The notes under the pieces: model-generated
The model's input: only the letters and a program-made list of their open reading frames with translations
Told to the model about the DNA's origin: nothing
Database searches by the model: none
Assembly (NCBI RefSeq): GCF_006345805.1
Contig: NC_043005.1
Location: forward strand, 72,230,001 to 72,294,000
Reading direction: 5' to 3'
From: Octopus sinensis
Lineage: Eukaryota
Length of the DNA stretch: 64,000 bases
Position numbers and translations under genes: made by a program
Shown here: in pieces, positions 54,747 to 64,000 of the stretch
Numbering within the stretch: the first letter of the stretch is position 1
Layout: every line of letters starts with the position of its first letter

Positions 54747-55041
54747 GATGAAATCCACTCAATCACACGCCAGATTTTACCATAACGATAAATACGCGTG
54801 TGGTTCAATTGATTACATCCGACGTTATAATTCAAATGCCCCAACTAACAGCGCGCCAAACTTTCACGGAAAACAAGTAAAGGATGAATGATATCTGTTG
54901 TATTCTTACCATTTCTATCAAAATAACTTTTAAGCTCAAATGCTTAAGATGTACATATTTCTTTAAGTATGTTTGAAAGTATATTTATTGAAGTATGTGC
55001 ATATACATATGTATGAGTGTATATGCATATGTGTATATCTG

Positions 55042-55086
<45 letters not shown>

Positions 55087-55596
55087 ACACAGACATATTT
55101 ATACATGTGTGTATATATATGTATACGTAATACATATTTAGAATAAAAGGTAGTAAAATATAAATTTGACAAATTTAATTATTGAATTGTGCTCAGTAGC
55201 TGTTTCATAGGCATTAAATATCATTACATATATATTATTATATAATTATGATAGATAATTAATTTTAAAATGACATGTTTAAATACATAGCTCTCAAGAA
55301 TCTTTTTAACCAATTCTGTATGCAGATGAATGTGTGTTCCACCAGAATTTACTGCAACATTAGAGTTTAACTGCATGTTAAAGAGATTGAAAGTCATCCC
55401 ATAAATAATGCGGTTTCTTTACACTTCTTTTATTTTTCAAAATTAAGATAAACAAATTTATTTTTAATCTAAAATATACTCTCCTTCATTTTCTACAATG
55501 CTCTTCCATCCATCTTGTAGACTTGCATGGTCCCTTTTCCAAAATTCACTTGTCCATGATGAAAAATACTCCTCCAGTACTGTTCTAGTTTGTTCC

Positions 55597-55874
55597 TTCT
55601 TGAGCTATGCCAGGCTCATTAGGGCTGGTTTCCTGGTTTCCTTGGCGTATAGATTCCCCACCTGGACGACGCTGGTCTATCGCAGGTGAGCTGCAAGATG
55701 CAGGAGGAAAGAGTGAGAGAAGGTTGTGGTGAAAGAGTCAGCAGAAGTTTGCCATTACCTTCTGCTGGAGCCGCATGGAGCTTAGGTGTTTCGCTCATAA
55801 AACACACACATCGGCCGGTCTGAGATTCGAACCCACGAGTCTGCTGCTCTAACTACTAGGCCATGTGCCTCCAC
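55597..55874 (-). mobile_element. SINE family C
   Basis: Reverse complement of the 47300 type. Confidence 0.85.
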
Positions 55875-56659
55875 AGTACTGTTCTAGGGAGAAGAAGAAG
55901 AAGGAAAAAGAAACCACAGGTCTTAATGATATACAAACCTTATAACTATTTGACTGTTATAAATATGTATGAATTATACCTTCACTAATGCATTTTGAAC
56001 TATCATTTATTGCTATTATTTGATAGCAACTGGTCTTGGGTATCTTAGTTTTTTTTTTTTTTGAAACCTTTAGACATAGTTAAAATATTTCTTTGTGGTA
56101 TTTTTTAATACTGAGGTTTGCTCCCGTAAATTTGTAAAAATTTTTTTACATGTCTTCTATTTACATTACTTTTTATTGTAACTGTTATAAACACTTATCT
56201 CCTTTAATACAAATAATCATTAAATTCTTCTATAACCACATTAATATATCAAACATATCTTTCAAAATATTTATGAAAAACAAATTTTAGCTTATTCTAG
56301 GTGTAAACCGTGTTAAATTGATTAATGTAAATTTCAAATTAACTTTACTGTTTTAAAAGTGCTATATTTACTGAATATACGCAAGAAAAACTTTGGCAAC
56401 AATCACTGCTCTTTGATTTGTCACCCACCACCTCTCCATTTGTTGCTACTCTTTATTTGATTTGCATTCTCTCTCTCATACAATCTCTTTTACTAAAGCT
56501 TTCTCCTGGTCTATAAATTTATCTATGTCCTTCCTTCTTCTGCCTCTAAGCTGAATCTGTTTAATATATCCATACATCAACACCCACACTTTTGGTTGTT
56601 TCCTCTTTTCCTTAAATTCTATTCCATTATTTATGGACTCTTTACTAATATATATATAT

Positions 56660-57450
56660 ATATATAATTTTAATCCAAACGGGAAAACAAAAAAACAACA
56701 ACAATGGAACAATTACAGTATTATTATTAATAGGCGCTCAGGAAATGGAAGCAGGAGGGTATGACGTTTCGAGTGGAGCTCTTCGTCGGAAACATAAAGA
56801 AGGAAGAGAGAGGAAAGAAAGATCCCAAAGCGGGCAACAGGGATAGAGAAAAAAAACGACTGGTGTTTACGAGTTACACATGGTGAAAGGCGGAAGTTTA
56901 CGATACAAGAGCAAAGTAGGTTTTTAAAGGCAAAAGAGTGGAGACAAGGTTGGTAACGCAACAGATGTGTGTGTATGTGTGAGTGTGTGCGTGTGCGTGT
57001 GTGTATGTGTGTGTGTGTGTGTGTGAGGCGAGATAAAAAAACAAAAAATATATGTATGTGTTAGTGTGTGCGTCTGTGTGTAGGCGTGTGAGGTAGGGCG
57101 AGACAGTGGTCGGCATAGCAGACAAAGGTCAGTAGTAAGAAAAAGATGGAAGGAGGAAGGGAGGGAGGGGAAGGGGTGGGGAAGGGGTGGGGGCGTATGT
57201 AGCGTGCCAGCGTGTGTTGAGTAGTAGTGTGTGTGTGTGTCCAGTGTCGTGGTAGTATTAATGGCGAGTAGATTGAATGTGTGTAAGAGTAATGTATATA
57301 TTTAAGCAATGTGTGTATATGTGTGCGCGTGTGTGTAACAAAAGGGGGGGGGGGTTAAGGAAAAAGGACTCCAGCTGAGGGGAAGATGGAAGAGTGGTCC
57401 CGCGGAGACGGGCGTGGGAAAACCCAACGACAAGCGACGGTCCCAGGAAC
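56660..57450 (-). mobile_element. Long (about 790 bp) non-coding P2-family element in TA repeats; HHR-like motif at 56759-56793
   Basis: Reverse complement reads gttt-CCGACGA-a-gagc-tcc-actc-GAAAC-GTC-atac; ends gtttggattaa; CpG-rich far end; internal G-run cluster. Confidence 0.55.
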
Positions 57451-57703
57451 ATATATATATATATATATACCTGTGTATATATATATATATATATATACGT
57501 GTATATATACGTATATATATATGTATATATATATGTGTATATATATGTATATATATATGTGTATATATATATGTATATATATATGTGTATATATACGTAT
57601 ATATATATGTATATATATGTGTATATATATATGTATATATATATGTGTATATATATATGTATATATATGTGTATATATATATGTATATATATATATGTGT
57701 ATA

Positions 57704-57749
<46 letters not shown>

Positions 57750-57750
57750 C
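57450..57750. repeat. Compound (TA)n microsatellite with periodic G interruptions
   Basis: Seen directly. Confidence 0.95.
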
Positions 57751-58121
57751 ACATATATCAGTACTTTGTAGAGAAGACATATTTACTGAAGTTTACTCAA
57801 ATTTATGCTTTTTTTGTTTTCTTAATTTCAACTGAATTAATTTCACTTTTAATAATTTTCAATTAGTTTGCTGAATTTACCGAACAAATTTTCTTTCCAT
57901 TAATATTTAATTTAAAATAGTGACAAACTATTTACGTTGAAATAGTAAAATTTTCTTCTTGATTAATTTCATGGATTTATTAGATCTAAACTAGTTTGTT
58001 TTTCCTGCAAGAAGGCAATTTGTTTGTCAATGACAATGTGGACATTTGTCATAATATTTGATATCACTTACAAGACTGCTAAATTTCACCGAATCAAAAA
58101 TGTCGTGAAAAAATATAAAAG

Positions 58122-58450
58122 AAGAGAACTGAGAGAGCACAAACCTCTGCCAAGGCAACACCAATGTTCTCTCAACGATTAGCCAGAGATGATTTTTAAA
58201 ATGAGAATATCTGAAATAAATTTGACTGCTCTAACAAAGGAGAATACTAAAAATGATACAGACCGCTCCCAAAAATTTAGTAAAAATAGGCATAGGAGTG
58301 GCTGTGTGGTAAGTAGCTTGCTTACGAAACACATGGTTCTGGGTTCAGTCCCACTGCATGGCACCTTGGGCGAGTGTCTTCTAGTATAGCCTTGGGCCGA
58401 CCAAAGCCTTGTAAGTGGATTTGGTAGACAGAAACTGAAAGAAGTCCATC

Positions 58451-58498
<48 letters not shown>

Positions 58499-58911
58499 GT
58501 GTGTGTGTCTGTGTTTGTCTCCCCAACGTCGCTTGACAACTGATGCTGGTGTGTTTACGTCCCCATAACTTAGCGGTTTGGCAAAAGAGACTGATAGAAT
58601 AAGTACTCGGTTTACAAAGAATAAGTCCTAGGGTTGATTTGCTCAACTAAAGGCGGTGCTCCAGCATGGCCACAGTCAAATGACTGAAACAAGTAAAAGA
58701 GTAAAGAAACAGGAAAAATAGTCCAGAATCCTTGTCCTGTACCAGATTGATTCCAAAAATTTAATCGGGTTCATGCCAGTCATTAGGCCAGACATCCCTA
58801 ACAGTTTCATCCGAATCCATCTAGTTCTTGAGATATCTTGTCCGTGAACAAACAAACAAAGAAACACGACTGAAAACATTACCTCCTCCTTTGTTAAGGT
58901 GGAGGTAATAA
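58122..58911 (+). mobile_element. Helentron/HINE-like element interrupted by SINE B (about 58286-58706)
   Basis: 5' subterminal acctctgcc; 3' hairpin ttacctcctcc-tttgttaa-ggtggaggtaa (about 58879-58908); homologous to 22221-22700. Confidence 0.6.
58286..58706 (+). mobile_element. SINE family B
   Basis: Full copy with an internal (TG)n. Confidence 0.9.
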
Positions 58912-59499
58912 ACTGGCACTAACAGTGATATGAAATATTGAGAGGATGGTCACTGCTAATGGCTTACAAAGGATCTCGTAATCTGGTTGGATAGTAAGAG
59001 TTACCTGCTTACAGAAATGTAGCATGACGACACAAAGAAACTTGACAGGTCTATTGCTGCACACCTCTAACATCTCTAGGGTATAGATTCTGGGAGTCAA
59101 CTGTGCCAAATTGCTGGCGTGCAAACAACCATGCTCAGTCATCTTATTCTGGGATTTTCATTGGTTGGTTGCTTACAGGTAAAAGTCAGTGGAAAGAAGA
59201 ATGGAAAAGTGGTTGTGAAAAAGTGCAGTTTGAAAGCGAAAAAAATTCAGCAAAGAATTTAGTGTAATCTATCATTTGAGACGAGATGGAGCTGGATGTA
59301 GGAAAGCGGTGGCAAAAACAAAAGATAGAGAAGAAAGTGGAATCGAGAAGGTAATAGAGAAGCATTGAGAAGAAGTTACTATAGAAATTACAGAACAAAG
59401 AGAGCTAGATCAAGAATAAAGGAAGTTTTGCTCAATGCTGGTTTTATGTGTCTGGCAGATATTTTCTTTAATCTTTTTGATACAGTTTGTCTATCAAAC

Positions 59500-59916
59500 T
59501 GTTGTTGCTGTTTGTTTGTTTGTTTGTTTGTTGAGCGAAGCAGTCTTTGTCCTAGAGCTCGTAAGATCATGCCTCTGTAGTGGGAGAAGTCCGAAACATG
59601 GTTCTTTGCTATTCGTAAGACCCACAAGAGAGAAAGCAGGTCAACCCCCGACACTGAGAGCATCGACTGATGGATGAATGCACATCCAGGCTCAGCGGTT
59701 CGCGTAGAAAGTCAGGGACAAGAAACAGGAAGAAAGAGTGAGAGAAAGTTGGATTGAAAGAGTAAAACAGGGGTTGCCACCACCCCCTGCTTGAGCCTCG
59801 TGGAGTGTTAGGTGTTTTCGCTCAATAAACACACACAACGCCCGGTCTGGGAATTGAAACCGCGATCCTCCGACCGTGAGTCTGCTGCTCTAACCACTGA
59901 GCCATTGCGCCTCCAC
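59500..59916 (-). mobile_element. SINE family C head and core with an alternative 3' tail ending (CAAA)n
   Basis: First roughly 190 nt match family C; the remainder is unrelated to the other family C copies. Confidence 0.7.
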
Positions 59917-62867
59917 TTGTTGCTGTTGTTTTTTAACCTCAGGTTATTCCTGGTTGAGCAGATTTATGCTTAAAGTTGTTCCAGCTGTGGTTTTACTGAC
60001 CTTATTTCAGATATTGTGTGTCTTGGATTATTTTATGAAATGTTTCCTTCCATTTACAAGATAGGTGTAATTTGTGGCAAATTTAGTTCCTATTATTTTT
60101 AGCATGTCAAACATCCATGTAGAGGCGGTGTTATGGTTCGGAATATGTAATTGTATGATGGAAACAACAGCAAGAAATTGTCCTCCAATACAATGAATAT
60201 TTAGCTATTTCAGAAAACATGATGACCAAACTCTTGAAGTATTTTTAGTGATTTCTAAAGACACCTGCAATATTCAAAGCTTCTGTTATTTTCATGATAG
60301 TTGCTGTTTAGCCCAAGGACTTACCTGGTCAAACATAGCTATGATCAAACCTATTCCAGCAGCAACTACAGGACTACATTGTCCAATGTGTTGTTCATTT
60401 TGTTAAGATAGTAGTCTGTGATTTGAAGGTGATTTGACTGTTATTTCATTTAAGTAGGTCTAGCAATCATTTAGAAGATTTCTCATCAAACCATGGAATT
60501 TTTTAATGCATGTGTGTGTGTGTGCATGCTTAAACTGCTAGTTTTTATAATGGTTCAGTTGGTTTAATTTCTCCGATGTACTTATGATGGTATTGTTCTA
60601 GCATGGCCACACACCAATGACCGGGACAAACTGATTATTCCATTTTTACCTCCATTATTTGCTACACACTGATTTTTTTATAAAATTTTCTGTTTGTGTC
60701 ATCAACTGCAGTTTGTGAAACTTTTCCTCGGTATTTTTTTTTTTTATTTATTTACTTTTTCCTTTATGAAAAGAATCTCATCTAACACAAGATCATTCAG
60801 TTTATTTTAGCCTCACTGCTTCCCTCAGGCTTCAATACAATATGTTTACTCTCCAAGATGTTCTATTTAATCTTTTGAACAAGCTTCTCATTCATTCATA
60901 GTTTCCTGTTTAGTTCTTCTGGAATTTTGAGTTATTGGCTTTGAATTGGATTAAGCAGCTGCTGCTAGAATATCTTCTGCAGAACTAGTGTAAACCCTAT
61001 TGAATAATATTTGGTTTGCTTGTGTACATTTTTTCTCAAAGAATAAAAGACTGCAAAAAAAAAAATAATAATAAAATAAACCACACATACAAAAAAAAAC
61101 GTGCATTTTTTTTTCAGTTGGTATTTGATATAGACCTTACCATGTCATTGTTGTTAGTATAGCTTTTGTTTGAGTAATATGTTTTACAGCTGAAGGCCCT
61201 TCTAATTGTTAACCATTCAGCCGTGAAGTTGGATTGGTATCTTTTGCCAGCCAGTCTGTCCTTCTCAGGCAATCAGAGTTACATGCCTTGTCCAGATGTA
61301 ATACAGTTTGAACACGCAACCACATGTTATTCTCTTTTTGTTTTGATTTTGGTTTCTTTTTTTTTCCTCCCCATATAATATTGTAACTTAACCCTTACAT
61401 TCTTTTACCAAGCATTTATACCTGCTGTTTTGTCTGTAACAGAAACACGGCTGACAAATCTATCGATATTTCAATTCTACAACTGTTGTGGGAGTCGGGG
61501 AGGATATCATATATTTTGAAGAGAATTATATTTTACTAAAATTGACAATAAAGAAGTATTAGCTAACCAATAGAAATATTATACAAATCCTTTTGAACAT
61601 TTGTCATTGATGTGTATGCCTGTTTTCAATAATACCAAAGAAATGTTTTTATTCAATTCCGAGTTGATACTATTTAACTGAAAACAATAAAATATCACCA
61701 CCTTAAACTGTATAAATAATAGAAAATATTATATCATAAGGAATTTATTTTTAACAGTTTTGAAAGCACTATTACATACGCAGTAAATTCTGAAATGGAT
61801 AAAATAATAAAGAATTTTATTAAATAAAATCGTGAATGTTTGTATGAACTAAAACAGAAAAATTGTGTTTAAATTGATATTGGCAATATTTCTCTATTTC
61901 CTGTTTTGAGTTTTGTTTTGTTTTATTTTTTGTTTTTGTTTTTGTTAATCTATTTGCTAGGAGAGAAAGTAGTTCCCTTGAATTATTACAGAGCCTCTAT
62001 GACTAGTGGGAGGTTGAGAGGGAGGTATTCTTAAAGCAAAAACCTGGCCCATGGGCTTGCAGCAGAGTGGGCTTTGCTTCAGGTAGGGTTGTTTTAGCAG
62101 CATTATAGGCCCCTGGACAAATCAGTACACCAGGCTCTATAGTATTTATTGAAAGCAAGCTATGGCAAACATCAATTAGAATTGGGTTCCTAGATCTGTG
62201 TGGCCCCCAGACAACTACCCTGTGTGGTCATGCCTTATGATACCACCAGTTATAGACACCAATGATGTCAATGAATAGTGTTTAAAAGTTGTTGGGCTAA
62301 CTCTAACACCCAAGCCAGCCATGGTGAGATTTGAATTCAGAATGCATTGAGCCAGAACAAATATTACAAGATATTCTTACAGTACTGCCAGTCCAAGGCT
62401 GGGGGGTTAGTATTTTTTAGTATTTTTGTATATTTTTTTATCATCCCTTAAAAGATAAAGTTAAAGTTAACCTTGGCATAATTTGAACTCAAAGAGCATA
62501 GTGTCTGAATAAATAGCATTATGCATTCTGTCTCATACTCTTACAGCTGTGTCAATTCTTCACAGTTTATATTTGATTAATTAAAATCACCACTGTTTTA
62601 TTTAGAAATATTCTCACAGATTGAAAATATGATCATCAAAAATCATTTGGTTCATTGTTTCAATAACTATGCAAACTGAAGGTGCTGTACAATGAAATTG
62701 AACCTGCATCTCATAGTAGTAAAGCAAACTAGTTAATCACTTTCTTATGCCTTGCTGCCTCAGTCTCTCTCACATGCTTTCTTAATGTACATACATGCAG
62801 ACAAACATATATATTGAGATATATATATTTATATATATAAATATATATATATATATGCATATAGGTA

Positions 62868-63270
62868 TAGGAGGGGTTGTGTAGTAAGTAGCTTGCTTAC
62901 CAACCACATAGTGCCGGGTTTAGTCCCACTGCGTGGTACCTTGGACAAGTGTCTTCTACTATAGCCTCGGGACGTCCAAAGCCTTGTGAGTGGATTTGTT
63001 AGACAGAAACTGAAAGAAGCCCTTCATATATATATGTGTGTGTGTATATGTTTGTGTGTCTGTGTTAGTCCCCCCAACATCACTTGACAACTGATGCTGG
63101 TGTGTTTACGTCCCTGTAACTTAGCGGTTCGGCAAAAGTGACCAATAGAATAAGTACTAGGCTTACAAAGAATAACTCCTGGGCTCGATTTGCTTGACTA
63201 AAGGCAGTGCTCCAGCATGGCCACAGTCAAATGACTGAAACAAGTAAAAGAGTAAAAGAGAGTAAAAAGT
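62868..63270 (+). mobile_element. SINE family B
   Basis: Full copy. Confidence 0.85.
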
Positions 63271-63559
63271 ATATGCACACATATCTTGAACATAGGATCA
63301 TTAAAAGAAAAACATGCCCAAACCAAATTGATTTCAGTACTTAATGGTATTCTGTAGAGTAATCAGTAATGTGGTTGCCTGGCAAGTGATAGTTATGTGA
63401 TATGAGTCCCAAATCCAGGGTTTTCTCTCAAATTTCTGCTTTATCACTTCATGTTGGAAATCATAGCAGTTAATAGATTCATGGAGTGTGCGTATATACA
63501 TAGTCAGATATATACATATATGCATGTATGTGCCACCCATGTTTTCCCTCTCTCTTTGT

Positions 63560-63632
63560 GTATGTGTGTGTGTGAATATATATATGTGTATATGTATGTG
63601 TATATAAACATATATACATATATATATATACA

Positions 63633-63678
<46 letters not shown>

Positions 63679-63709
63679 CATATGCATACATATATATATA
63701 TATATATAT

Positions 63710-63775
<66 letters not shown>

Positions 63776-63781
63776 CATATA

Positions 63782-63816
<35 letters not shown>
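63560..63816. repeat. Long interrupted (TA)n microsatellite
   Basis: Seen directly. Confidence 0.95.
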
Positions 63817-64000
63817 GCTTTTTGTGAATTAAGAATTTTCATAAACAAAGTGTATTTTTTATGCCTACACTTCTTTTTCTTTATGTGGAATAAATAACAG
63901 TATTCTGCAGTTCTGTTAACTCATTGGAAATCAGATATATGAAGGTTCTATCTACTAACCAAATATATCTTCTGAGTGATATATGCCAAACAGATTTTTT

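Larger units (their letters stand above)
54045..54876 (-). repeat. Direct repeat pair (54045-54344 and 54505-54876), family P3; each copy carries a type I HHR
   Basis: Near-identical copies; a 70-bp segment is present only in copy 2; HHR-to-HHR offset is 530 nt. Confidence 0.9.

Noticed and set aside
58930-59470. Possible CR1/L2-type LINE remnant on the minus strand
   Set aside because: Only vague resemblance; no diagnostic RT or endonuclease motif recovered.

Overview
AT-rich eukaryotic genomic DNA dense in microsatellites, SINEs and transposon fragments. The repeat families suggest a cephalopod, probably Octopus (inference, not verified). Only one host coding exon is well supported: a 248-nt CUB-domain exon (28617-28864, +) resembling SOL-1/suppressor-of-lurcher-type proteins. 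Most of the window is therefore probably intronic or intergenic. Mobile DNA includes a young 5'-truncated RTE LINE with a PHD-like finger inside its RT ORF, an RTE-X-like 3' fragment, an R4/Dong-like RLE fragment, an internally deleted mariner, pogo/Tigger- and piggyBac-like MITEs, two Helentron/HINE-like elements and many copies of three tRNA-derived SINE families. The most notable signal is nine hammerhead-ribozyme (HHR) motifs from three unrelated Penelope-like or retrozyme-like repeat families. Two of them form a tandem pair of full type I HHRs with GUC cleavage sites, 530 nt apart on the minus strand (54121-54746), which could release a unit-length and possibly circular RNA. All folds were worked out by eye. 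Repeat boundaries are approximate (about +/-10-20 nt) unless a TSD or TIR is given. Nearly all ORFs in the supplied track are microsatellite or repeat artefacts.
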